Shown: piece after piece, positions 11,331-22,970 of the stretch
How the letters are laid out: each line of letters opens with the position of its first letter
How positions within the stretch are numbered: the first letter of the stretch is position 1
The notes under the pieces: generated by a model
Databases searched by the model: none
Told to the model about the DNA's origin: nothing
The model's input: only the letters and a program-made list of their open reading frames with translations
Translations under genes and position numbers: made by a program
Source of the DNA: Chiloscyllium plagiosum
Lineage: Eukaryota
Direction: 5' to 3'
Assembly: GCF_004010195.1 (NCBI RefSeq)
Contig: NC_057719.1
Coordinates: 86,994,274-87,058,273, forward strand
Length of the DNA: 64,000 nucleotides

Positions 11331-13396
11331 TATAGCACTTAAAGCTTGTTTTGTGACAAGAGATCTGAGGCCAGGTCTCCTTTACAGCAGCACCTTGGAA
11401 ATTGAATCTGAGGCTGAGACACTTGTTTTAATAGGCGAATCAAGACCAGCAAAGCAGGTGTCTGGAAATGTATAAACTAGGGTGGACTTATTCATGAGTA
11501 AAGTCAGAGAATGTTTATGATACAAATATGATACTAGTCAGGGTTTTGTGCTACGCTTCCCATCAACTTTGGTAGAGGCATGACAAGAAACTTGTGGGTT
11601 ACATTTATGCACAATCTGGAGATTTGATTTCAGATCAGATCTGGAACCATTTTAAAGTGCCTCCCTTGCCCCTTCAATATACAATAGGTGCAGGAGTAGG
11701 CCATTCTGCCCTCCGAGCCAGCACCACCATTCAATATGATTGTGGCTGATCATCCTTAATTAGTATCCTGTTCCTGCCTTATCTCCATAACCCTTGATTC
11801 CACAATCCTTGAGAGCTCTATCCAACTCTTTCTTAAATGGATCCAGAGACTGGGCCTCCACTGCCCTCTAGGGCAGAGCATTCCATACAGCCACCACTCT
11901 CTGGGTGAAGAAGTTTCTCCTCATCTCTGTCCTAAATGGTCTACCCCGTATTTTTAAGCTGTGTCCTCTGGTTCGGCACTCCCCCATCAGCGGAAACATG
12001 TTTCCTGCCTCCAGAGTGTCCAATCCTTTCATAATCTTATATGTCTCAATCAGATCCCCTCTCAGTCTTCTAAACTCAGGGGTATACAAGCCCAGTCGCT
12101 TCAGTCTTTCAGTGTAAGGTAATCTCGCTATTCCAGGTATTGACCTCGTGAACCTACGCTGCACTCCCTCAATAGCCAGAATGTCCTTCCTCAAATTTGG
12201 AGGCCAGAACTGCGCACACTACTCCAGGTGTGATCTCACCAGGGCCCTGTACAGCTGCAGAAGCACCTCTTTGCTTCTATACTCAATCCCTCTTGTTATG
12301 AAGGCCAGCCTTCTTCACTACCTGCATGCTTACCTTCATTGACTGGTGTACAAGAACACCCAGATCTCTCTGTACTGCCCCTTTACCTAAATTGATTCCA
12401 TTGAGGTAGTAATCTGCCTTCCTGTTCTTGCCATCAAAGTGGATAACCATACATTTATCCACATTAAACTGCAGCTGCCATGCATCTGACCACTCACCTA
12501 ACTTGTCCAGGTCACCCTGTAATCTCCTAACATCCTCATCACATTTCCCCTGCCACCCAGCTTAGTATCGTCAGCAAATTTGCTAATGTTATTGCTAATA
12601 CCATCTTCTATATCATTAACATATATTGTAAAAAGCTGCGGTCCCAGGACTGATCCCTGCAGTCCCCTACTGGTCACTGCCTGCCATTCCGAAATAGAGC
12701 CGTTTATCACTACTGTTTATTTCCTAACAGCCAACCAACTTTCAATCCAAGTTAGTACTTTGCCCCCAATACCATGTGCCCTAATTTTGCTCACTAACCT
12801 CCTGTGTGGGACTTTATCAAAAGCTTTCTGAAAGTCCAGGTGCACTACATCTACTGGATCTCCCTCGTCCATCTTCAGAGTTACATCCTCAAAAAATTCC
12901 AGAAGATTAGTCCAGCATGATTTCCCCTTCATAAATCCATGCTGCCTCTGACCTATCCTGTTACTACTATCCAGATGTGTCGTAATTTCATCCTTTATAA
13001 TAGACTCCAGCATTTTTCTCACCACTGAGGTCAGACTAACTGGTCGAAAATTTCCTGCTTTTTCTCTCCCACCTTTCTTAAAAAGTGGTACAACATTAGC
13101 CACCAATCCGCAGGAACTGATCCTGAATCTATTGAACTCTGGAAAATAATCACCAATGCATCCACGATTTCTCGAGCCACCTCCTTCAGTGCCCTGGGGA
13201 CTTATCAACCTTCTGACCTAACAGTCTCTCCAACACCAATTCCTGGCAAATATAAATTCCCTTCAGTTCAGGTCCTTCAGTTCAGTTCAGGTCCTCCCTG
13301 TTACCTCAGGGAGATTGCTTGTGTCTTCCCAAGTGAACACAGATCTGAAGTACCAATTCAATTCTTCTGCCATTTCTTTGTTCCCCGTAATATATT

Positions 13397-13605
13397 GCTG
13401 AAAATGTGTTGCTGGAACAGCGCAGCAGGTCAGGCAGCATCCAGGGAACAGGAGAATCTACGTTTCGGGCATAAGCCCTTCTTCAGGAAACGTCGATATG
13501 CCCGAAACGTCGATTCTCCTGTTCCCTGGATGCTGCCTGACCTGCTGCGCTGTTCCAGCAACACATTTTCAGCTCTGATCTCCAGCATCTGCAGACCTCC
13601 CTTTC
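13397..13605. mobile_element. Palindromic mini Penelope-like insertion with hammerhead core and TSD
   Basis: 77-bp arms 13397-13473 / 13497-13573 (1 mismatch); flanking direct repeat tccccgtaatatatt at 13382-13396 and 13606-13620. Confidence 0.82.
13457..13488 (-). ncRNA. Minimal hammerhead ribozyme motif
   Basis: uc-CUGAAGA-a-gggc(uuau)gccc-GAAA-cg-UA-ga; stem I very short in this copy. Confidence 0.55.
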
Positions 13606-13759
13606 TCCCCGTAATATATTCCCCTGTTTCTGTCTTCAAGGGACTAATTTTAGTCTTAACCATTTTTTTGCCTTTCACATACCTAAAAAAAACTTTTACT
13701 ATCCTCCTTTATATTATTGGCCAGTTTACCTTCGTACCTCATTTTTCCTCTGCGTATTT

Positions 13760-14380
13760 NNNNNNNNNNNNNNNNNNNNNNNNNNNNNNNNNNNNNNNNN
13801 NNNNNNNNNNNNNNNNNNNNNNNNNNNNNNNNNNNNNNNNNNNNNNNNNNNNNNNNNNNNNNNNNNNNNNNNNNNNNNNNNNNNNNNNNNNNNNNNNNNN
13901 NNNNNNNNNNNNNNNNNNNNNNNNNNNNNNNNNNNNNNNNNNNNNNNNNNNNNNNNNNNNNNNNNNNNNNNNNNNNNNNNNNNNNNNNNNNNNNNNNNNN
14001 NNNNNNNNNNNNNNNNNNNNNNNNNNNNNNNNNNNNNNNNNNNNNNNNNNNNNNNNNNNNNNNNNNNNNNNNNNNNNNNNNNNNNNNNNNNNNNNNNNNN
14101 NNNNNNNNNNNNNNNNNNNNNNNNNNNNNNNNNNNNNNNNNNNNNNNNNNNNNNNNNNNNNNNNNNNNNNNNNNNNNNNNNNNNNNNNNNNNNNNNNNNN
14201 NNNNNNNNNNNNNNNNNNNNNNNNNNNNNNNNNNNNNNNNNNNNNNNNNNNNNNNNNNNNNNNNNNNNNNNNNNNNNNNNNNNNNNNNNNNNNNNNNNNN
14301 NNNNNNNNNNNNNNNNNNNNNNNNNNNNNNNNNNNNNNNNNNNNNNNNNNNNNNNNNNNNNNNNNNNNNNNNNNNNNNNN
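13760..14380. other. Assembly gap (621 N)
   Basis: Run of N inside CR1 ORF2. Confidence 1.
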
Positions 14381-16214
14381 CTCTGCCCGTCAGTCTGTCC
14401 TTACGATAGCATGTGTAGCCTTGAATATTAATTTCCCAGGCCTTGTCCACTTGAAGCCATGTCTCAGTTATCCCCACGATATCGTATCTGCCAATTTCCA
14501 AAAGAGCCTCAAGCTCATCCGTCTTATTTATAATGCTTCGTGCATTAAATGTATAGTATTTTGAATTTGTTACTGCCCTCACCCCTCCCATCAACTCCTA
14601 GTTCACTCAACCTTACAGCATGATCCCTTTGAGTTTTCTGCCTCATTGATACAGTTCTCTTTCTTGACTTCCCTTGTTCTAACTTTCCCATTGATACAGT
14701 TGTCTTTCTTGACTTCTCTTGTTCTAACTTTCACTTCAATTTCCTTTTTAAACATCCAGCTTGTCCCCTCCCCCCCGCTACTTAGTTTAAATGTAGCGGT
14801 GTTGCAGTAGAAAATCTGCATGCCAGAATACTGGTCCCTAACCTATTAAGGTGCAAGTCGTCTCTCTTGTAGAATTTATGCTTACCACAAAACATACCCC
14901 AGTGATCCAAGAATTTAAATCCTTGCTTCCTGCACCAGTTCACAGCCACACATTCAAGTCCATTATCTCCCTGTTTATGGCCGCACCAGCCCGAGGAACT
15001 GGAAGCAAACCGGAGATAACCACCTTGGACGTCCTGCTTTTCAGCCTTCTTCCTAGTTCTCCGAAGTCCCGCGTAGTATGTTCCTCCTCTTCCTGACATC
15101 ACTTGTGCCGACGTGTAACACCACCTCTGGCTCTTCACTTTGTCCTTGAGGATTTCTTGCACTCTGTGATGTCTTTAACCCTGGCACCAGGAAGGCAACA
15201 CATCATCCTTAAGTCCCGTCTGCTGCCACAAAAACCCCGGTCAGTTGTTCTCACTATGGAGTCCCCTATTACCACGACTCTGTGCGATGTCCGACTCTTC
15301 CGCTCTGTCTCCAAGCCAACTTTTGATTGACAGAACTGGCCGCCTCACGGACTGGCAGTGTCATCTGTCTCTACTGTTTCTAAAAGATTCAACTTGTTCC
15401 TGACAGGTACTTCCCCCGGCGTCTCTTGCACCTGTCTCCTCTCTGCCTTCCTCATCTTCTGCTCTCTTCTGGTACGATTGGTGTAATAACCTTGCTGAAG
15501 GTCTTGTCCAGAAAGATCTCGTTCTCTCTGATGAGCCTCATGTCCTCGAGTTCTTTCATCAGTGCTGCAATATGCTCTGTCAGTAGCTGAACTTGCACAC
15601 GCTTTCCACATTTATACGAGCCAGACACACCAGAGTCGTTAACCTCCCACATCAAGCACGTAGCACACTGAACCAGCTTGGCAGTCATGTCTTCACCCTC
15701 TTCAACTGTGGCGTAATCACTTCACTCAACCTCCTTGTCAAAGACTCCTGAGCTAAAGCCTCACTCTTCAATCCACAGGAACTTCCTTGGACCCTCTTTT
15801 TGGGGCAAGTCTGTGGACTTTTAATTTAGGTTAGAGGAGGGAGGGAGGCCCTACTTTGTAGGACCTGGGGTCTAGAACGCACCCACTCAAATAACAATCA
15901 CTTACCTTCCCGACTGACTTTGCGCTCTGCCTTCACTTCCGCCCAGCTCCCCCCGCTCTCTGATGCGAAAAGCATCAGGTTTGGGTAAGTCAAGATAGCA
16001 AAAGAGCACTAGAGAATGCTGTCTTGCTCCATGTTCCTGTCACCTATTATTCACGTGCTGCTCTTTGCTGGTGGCTTCAATAAACATAAGATGTGTTATC
16101 AAAGAAGAGCACAGAATATTGGACTCTATTTCTCCATCCATCTCCCTCTCTCCATTGCACTGTTGTTTTTGTCTGGTGTCTAGCTTGACTTCTTCAAATT
16201 ATTCTGTCATAGGC

Positions 16215-17330
16215 TAGAACAGCATTTATTGCCTTCCCTCATTGCCCTTGAAAGGTAAGTCACTTTCTTGACTATCTGCAGTTCATATGGTTTGGTGCAT
16301 ACACAATGCTAATAGGGAAAGTGATACAGAATTGTGATCCAGTGATGAAAGAACAGTAATACAACTCCAAGACAGGATGATTTGCATTTATCTCACTGAT
16401 TTAGTTTTGTTTCTGGTCAATGGTAACCCCAGGACGTTGTTAGTGGGATATTCAATTGATAATGCTATTGAATGTCAAGGGGAAATGGTTATGTTCTCTC
16501 ATTGGAGATGGTCATTGTCTGATACTAGTGTGGCTTGATTGCAACTTGGCACATCAGCTTGAGTGTAAATTTTGTCCACATTTGCTACATATAAATACAG
16601 ATTGCCTAGTATCTAAGGAGTCACATGGTGCTGAACATTATACAGTTAGCAGTGAATATTTCTACCTCTGACCTTACGATAGAGCTAATATATTGATGAA
16701 GCAGCTCAAGATAGGCCTCGGAGACTACCCAGATGGCATTCTGCAATTATGTCCTGGGCTTGAGATGGTTGGCCTCCAACAATCTGTCATCTTTGTGCTA
16801 AGTATGAATCTAACCCGAAGAGAGGCTCGTTGATTAGATCAAATGCTGCCTTGATGTCAAGGCAGCGACTGTCACTCAAACTTTTATATTCAGCATTTGT
16901 TCGTGTTTGAGCCAAGGCTGCCTCAAGGTCGGAAGTGGAGTGGCCCTGGCAAAACCCAAATTGAGTGTCAGTGACTGTTGACGTTACTTCAATTACATTG
17001 CTGCTGCTGATTGCAAGTGGGCAGAAAGATAATTGAATGGGTTGAACTTGTACCGTATTTTGTGGACAGGATGTACCCAGATTATTTTCCACTTTGCGTA
17101 GATGCCAGTGTTGTAGCTATACTGGAACATTATGGCTAACAATGTGTGCTAACGTTGAGCACAGGTCTTCAGTGCTGTTGTTAGAATATTGTCAAGGCCT
17201 GTAGCCTCTGCAGAATCCAGTCTCTTAATGTGTGAGTGAATAAAGCTGGTTGAACATTGGCCTCTGTGATGCTGGGGGACTGAGATGGCACTTCTGGTTG
17301 AAGATGTTTGGAAATTCTTCAGCTTTTCCT
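16215..17330 (-). mobile_element. Degenerate second-family LINE (CR1/L2 group), RT fragment
   Basis: TQFGFCQGHSTSDL...CLDIKAAFD; 3' tail gcatttattgcc. Confidence 0.75.
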
Positions 17331-17389
17331 TTTGAAATGATAATCAGCAGTATATTCCAGTTAAAAATGGAAAAGTCATGGTCTTTGAC

Positions 17390-17760
17390 TCCAACTACAT
17401 TACCACTGAATTTTGTCCTTGTCTACGGTCACCACAAAATCGCCTCTTCAAGTGTCTACCTATCATGTTCAAAGCATCTATTCACTTGCTTCTGAAACTC
17501 TCATCCATATCTTTGACTTTTGCAGACTCAACTATTCCAATGCTATTGTGGCCAACCTTTTATCAGTAAGCTGCAGGTCCTGGAAAACACTGCATCCCTT
17601 TGCTATTCTGCTTGTACATAATGCTTGCCCTCAGTGACGTACATGATCTCTTGGTTCTCCAGCACTTCTCCATCTGATGATGATCACCCACATGTTGAAA
17701 ACCTTTATTCACATCTACAGTTCACTGGCATCTCCAATTCTAGTCTTACTGCCTTGAAGT
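17390..17760 (+). mobile_element. L2 LINE ORF2 C-terminal remnant
   Basis: SETLIHIFDFCRLNYSNA resembles the L2 motif LIHAFxxSRLDYxN. Confidence 0.6.
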
Positions 17761-17884
17761 CTTGGGACATTTATTTGATCTGTTGTGTGTATTAGATTTG
17801 ACTTAGTTTCACTGCTTGCAAGCTAATGGTGTGATTGCAAGTTTCTCCATTTGAAGTAATGCTTAGTTTGTACAATCCCTCCAG

Positions 17885-18005
17885 CTCCAGCAATACCGAT
17901 ACTACAGCACAGGTCTACTGTCCACACACGACCATTTCTATGAACAACAGCGCCATGTCCTGGGCCCCAGCAGGAAAAAGAAGAAAGAGGAGAAAAAAAT
18001 GAAGG
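17885..18005 (+). CDS. INO80: INO80 coding exon 5 (LQQYRYYSTGLLSTHDHFYEQQRHVLGP...KKMK)
   Basis: ccag acceptor; G|gtgagt; conserved LQQYxYYSxGLLST; absent from the ORF track. Confidence 0.93.
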
Positions 18006-19129
18006 GTGAGTGAGCAGCTCTACTGGTTCTTTCTGGTTTCCTCAGCTCCTTCACTGCTTATGTAGTTGTACCTTAGTGCAGATTTTTCCTACCCTCCTCC
18101 ATGTGTGTTGTCTTAACATTGTATGTCCACAGAAGAGTTGAGGACTGGTTAAATATTGATTAATCTAGATGTGAACTATGTAGACTTGGTGGCGGAGGGG
18201 TCATGGGGATGGAAGCTTAGTTCAGGACTAGTGATGTTGTGAACATTCTGGTTCAACCTGAGACAGTAGTCAATGAGGGGGTTTGGTTCAGTGACAAAGG
18301 AATGGCTGGGTCACGTAAAGTACCCATGGCCCTGTTGTCTGTGAAAACTGCTCTGTATTCCAGCAGCAGCTTTGAACCTTAAACCCTTCCCCACTGTGTC
18401 CTCCACCATCATAAGCTTTTCTTGTCACTGAGATTTAAGAGCACCTGATCATCTGTCTCTCCAATAGACATTATTATTTAGACTATTATCCATCCATCTC
18501 TCATGTGAACTGTGAAAGTATGACCCCATGATGTGTTGACTAACACTTTTCTCCACCTGCACTAAGATCTTTACTGCAACCATTTACACCTCTAACATTG
18601 GAAAACCTGTCCTTAGCTCAGCATAATCTGAGATAAAATGCTTAAACTATTTTCTGTATTGTCTACAGATTTGATTATTCCTCCATATACATTCTGGTCT
18701 CCCAGATCCTAGCCTCCTTAGATTTGGTCATCAAAAATGCTGCTCATGTCCTGAAACACACCAAGCCTCATTTTTCCATTGCCCTCATAGCCTTTGACCA
18801 ACATTTGGTTTCTTTTTAAGGAGGTCTTTAAAATTAAGATTTTGCTTATTTCCAAGTCTTTCTATCCTCTGTATCTCTGTAATCTCATCAAGCACCACAT
18901 GTTTCCTTTCTTTGGATGTCAACAAGCCTGAGTTTTGGGCAATGTACTTGAAACTAATGCAACATAAGATCTGCGTCAGGGGTGGAAAATGTGGAGGCTT
19001 TAAACCGTAAGAGGGGAGTGGGAATGGCACCCAAAGAGAGTGAGAAAAGACAAGTATGAGGCTGGTATAGTTGAGTAGAGGAGCAAGTCAAGTAATCAAG
19101 GAATGTAAGAGTAAGACAGAGAATGAGGT

Positions 19130-20097
19130 AAGACTGATAAATTAAACTGCATTGGTTTCAATACAAGAAGCCTGACGACAGTTAAAGTAGATGACTGGTA
19201 AGTTTTTGGCTGATACTGAATTAGGAGGTATTGTTGATAGCGAGGAAGGTCATCAAACATATGGGGAATCTTGATCAGATGGGGAAGAGGATTGAGGATT
19301 GGCAAATGGAATTCAAAGCAGAGAAATATGAAGTGTTGCAATTTGGAAAGTCAAACCAAGTTGGGAGGTCTACGGTAAATAGTAAGGTCCTGAGGAGTGT
19401 TGTGGAATAGAGGGACCTAGGAGTACAAGTACATAGTTTGTTGAAATCGGTGTCACAGACAGTGTTGAAGGAGGCATTCCACATGCCTTCATCGATCGAG
19501 GCATTGAGTATAGGAGTTGGGAGGTTGTTACAGTTGTATAAGTTGTTGGTGAGGTGCACTTGGAGTATTGTGTACAGTTTTAGTCATGCTGTCATAGGAA
19601 AGACATAGTTAAACTGGAAAATGTGCAAAGAAGATTTACGAGGATGTTGCTAGGACAAGTAGGCCCGAGTTATCGGGAGAGGTTGTTTCAGACAGGACTT
19701 TATTCCTTGGTACGTAGGAGAATGAGGGTGACCTTTATTGAGGTGTATAAAATGCATGAGGTGTGTAGACAAGATTGAATGTATGTAGTCTTTTTCCGAG
19801 GGATGGGGAATTGAAAAACAGAGGGCATGGGTTTAAGGCGAGAAGGGAAATATTTGAGAAGGACCTAAGGGGCAACTTCTTCACGCAGAGTGTGGTATGT
19901 ATATGGAATGGGCTGCCAGAGAAAGTGGTTGAGGCAGGTACAAGAGAAATTTAAAAAAAAAAAAAAATTTGGGCAGGTACATGGATGGGGTATGACCCAA
20001 ATGCGGACCATTGGAGCTAGGTGAGTGGGCACCATGGTCAGCATGGACCAATTTTGGGCAGAACGGCCTGTTCCCATGCTGTTTGACTCAATGACCA
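19130..20097 (+). mobile_element. Internally deleted CR1 fragment
   Basis: Endonuclease start joined to ORF2 C-terminus; gacctaaggggcaacttcttcacgcagag; CR1 tail. Confidence 0.8.
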
Positions 20098-20914
20098 CAA
20101 CCCTTTGAAGGAGTTTTATTAACTAATTTTTGTCGCCCATCCCTGATTTTCATTGCACTACCACTTGCTGATACTGCCATTTATTAATATGACTTTAACC
20201 TTGTAAGCCATAGACCCTTGAATACTCTTATCATCTCTCTGCCTCTCCGTATCTTCCTTTAGGATGCTCCTCCAGATCTATCTCTGACCCAGCTTATAAT
20301 ACAACATCTCTTCTTTCCTTGCATATTAGAAAGCTTGGTACCATGCACTCCTATGAAACGCCTTTAATCAAATTGAATGTGGTATGTCAATATAAGCTGT
20401 AGAGAGGTTCAAAGACAGTTCCACTTGCTCCAATATTTATTGGAGGAAACTTCAGCTCATCCAGAATTGGATATCAGGTAAGTGGTAAATCAGGCAGTGA
20501 GGAAATGGTGGTGCTGTCAGCATACCGATGGATCCTGAAAAGATATGTGTAGATTAAGATGCAAGGCAGCAGATTGATGAAAGAGGGCTCGAACATCCTG
20601 TTCTTGAGAAGTTAGAGAATTAACTACATAGTCACAAAGATAAATCGCTGCAGATGATTCTCTGGTGATGATGGTCCAGGTTAAAAAAAAGTTTAACCAA
20701 GTGAACTCTTCCAGCTGAGGGAAGAAAAGAGGATTGTGTGGTTAATCATGTCAAGGTTACAGATTGTGAAGGAAAAGGAGCAATAGTATGTCATAGTTGC
20801 AGCCTTATAGGGTATAATTTGTGATGTGTTACAGGAAAATTGATTGGAGAGGCTCAAACTTGGTACTGTGTGCAAAATGGGCACTGATTTGAGATGATTA
20901 CCTGTTCAAAGAGT

Positions 20915-21830
20915 AAAATCAGAGCTCTGTAAATACTCTGGTTATTTTTGGAGACAGCAAAATAGATTTAATGCAGTTGAAAATGACTTCAGAAGTGAAG
21001 GAACATAAGCCCGTGATGAACTGTATCCTGTTGGAGGGGAAGAGGAAGAATGAAAGTGAAGGCCTAAAATAGGGTAGAGGGTAGGAGAGATTGAAGGAAA
21101 ACTATGTCATGGAATAACAAATGGAGTGGTAGTGTTTGTGGTAAAGGAACAACACATTTAATAGGAGTGAGTGGAAATGTCAGAATGAGAACTGTGTGAA
21201 AGGAAAAATGTGAAAAACAAGATTCAAATTCCAACATAAAAAATGATGCAGCAAAATGTTCACTATCTGAAGCTGTTGAACTCCATGTTAAATTCAGAAG
21301 GCTGTTACATTACTAATTAGAAGATATGTTCCTCAAACTTGAGCTATTCAAGAATACTGAACATGCTCAGGATGGAAACATGTGCATGAGAACTAGATGG
21401 CGAATTTCAATTACAAGTAACTGTAAGTTGGGGTTATGTTTGCGGATATGGTGGATTCATTACTTAACCCAGTGCTGCTAGCAGGGTGTCAAGGGCAGGG
21501 GATGATGGGATTGAATGGCAGACAGGGGAGAGTTAAGGTGATGGATGAGGGCCAAGGATGGTGGGAAAGCTAGAGGGTTGTGGATAAATGGAGAGCATGG
21601 CAGCAAAGCTGTGGATGGGCAACCTCGGGAGGTAAGGGTAGAGGGAGCTGCTGGTGGAAATGCCTCCAGAGTTTCTGACTGTAAGTCATAGTCTTCCCTG
21701 GAGAATTTCAGTGTTTCAGCTGTTGAGAAATTGCCCGTAAAAAGTTTAAACTTCCTGGTCAATTTCTGTGTAGTCTTGCCTGAGGATTTTTTGAGGAGTC
21801 CCACTGCGCATCTTGTGGGATGCATCTAGT
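20915..21830 (-). mobile_element. Old Penelope-like element remnant
   Basis: Minus strand near 21260-21340 reads like a PLE endonuclease C-terminus (EEHIF...QPSEFNMEFNSFR); decayed terminal repeat at ~20915-20995. Confidence 0.55.
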
Positions 21831-21833
21831 ATA

Positions 21834-22155
21834 GTGTCATAGAGATGTACAGCATGGAAACAGACCCTTCGGTCCACGCCGATCAGATATCCCAACCCAA
21901 TCTAGTCCCACCTGCCAGCACCTGGCCCATATCCCTCCAAACCCTTCCTATTCCTATTCATATACCTATCCAAATGCCTCTTAAATGTTGCAATTGTGCC
22001 AGCCTCCACCACATCCTCTGGCAGATCATTACATACACGTTCCACCCTCTGCGTGAAAAAGTTGCCCCTTCGGTCTCTTTTATATCTTTCCCCCCTCACC
22101 CTAAACCCTGTCGTTCTGGACTCCCTGACCTCAGGTAAAAGACTTTGTCTATTTA
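21834..22155 (-). mobile_element. CR1 3' end
   Basis: gtcatagagatgtacagcatggaaacagacccttcgg tail; RGNFFTQRV. Confidence 0.88.
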
Positions 22156-22586
22156 TCCTATCCAAGTCTCCCATGGTATCTTGAGTAACTGGAGATGAAA
22201 CAACTCGCACTGTTTTTCTGTCTTTACTGATATTGTCAGACATGTTTCAAAATAGTGATGGAAAGGGTTAGACCAGATCTAAAAGTTGAAGTTTTAAATT
22301 GGAGGAAGGATCATTTTGATGGTATTAGGCAAGAACTTTCAAAAGCTAATTGGGTGCAGATGTTCGCAGTTGAAGCGACGACTGGAAAATGGGAAGCCTT
22401 CAGAAATGAGATAACGAGAGTTCAGAGACAGTATATTCCAGGTACGGTGAAAGGAAAGGCTGGTAGGTGTAGGCTGGATGACGAGAGAAATTGAAGAAGG
22501 TAGCACATGTAAGGTTTTGACAGGAGAGATGAAGTGAATCCTTAGAGTATAAATGTAGTAGGAGTATACTTAAGTGAGAAATACCT

Positions 22587-22659
22587 GGGGAATTAGCTCA
22601 AATGGTAGAGCGCTCGCTTTGCATGCGAGAGGTAGCGGGATCGATGCCCACATTCTCCG
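22587..22659 (+). tRNA. tRNA-Ala-like gene or retrocopy, anticodon TGC (possible pseudogene)
   Basis: GGGGAATTAGCTCAAATGGTAGAGCGCTCGCTT-TGC-ATGCGAGAGGTAGCGGGATCGATGCCCACATTCTCC; cloverleaf with the G3:U70 Ala identity pair; one T-stem mismatch, G discriminator, no oligo-T terminator. Confidence 0.85.
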
Positions 22660-22669
22660 CTTCCTTTCA

Positions 22670-22970
22670 GGGCTGCACGGTGGCAGTGGTTAGCACTGCT
22701 GCCTCACAGCACCAGGGACCCGGGTTCATTTCCGGCCTCAGGCAACTGTCTGTGTGGAGTTTGCATATTCTCCCTGTGTCTGCGTGGGTTTCCTCCCACA
22801 GTCCAAAAATGTGCAGGTTAGGTGAATTGGCTATGCTAAATTGCCCGTAGTGTGAGGTGAAGGGGTAAATGTAGGGGAATGGGTCTGGGTGGTTTGCTCT
22901 TCAGAGGGTTGGTGTGGACTTGTTGGGCTGAAGGACCTGCTTCCACACTGTAAGTAATCTAATCTAATCT
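22670..22970 (+). mobile_element. Full-length V-SINE (HE1-like)
   Basis: tRNA-like head, V-domain, (aatct)n tail. Confidence 0.9.

Larger units (their letters stand above)
11677..15960 (-). mobile_element. Near full-length CR1 LINE (5' UTR, ORF1 zinc finger + SGNH esterase, ORF2 APE-RT), containing the assembly gap and a PLE insertion
   Basis: ORF1 VQCATCLMWEV and YKRDDLHLNRLG; ORF2 FNARSI..GITETW, LDFQKAFDKVPH, KFADDTK, RRNFFTQRVVAVWNALP. Confidence 0.92.

Noticed and set aside
13395..14594. Long ORFs of 230-389 aa in the track
   Set aside because: They are artefacts of translating through the N gap.
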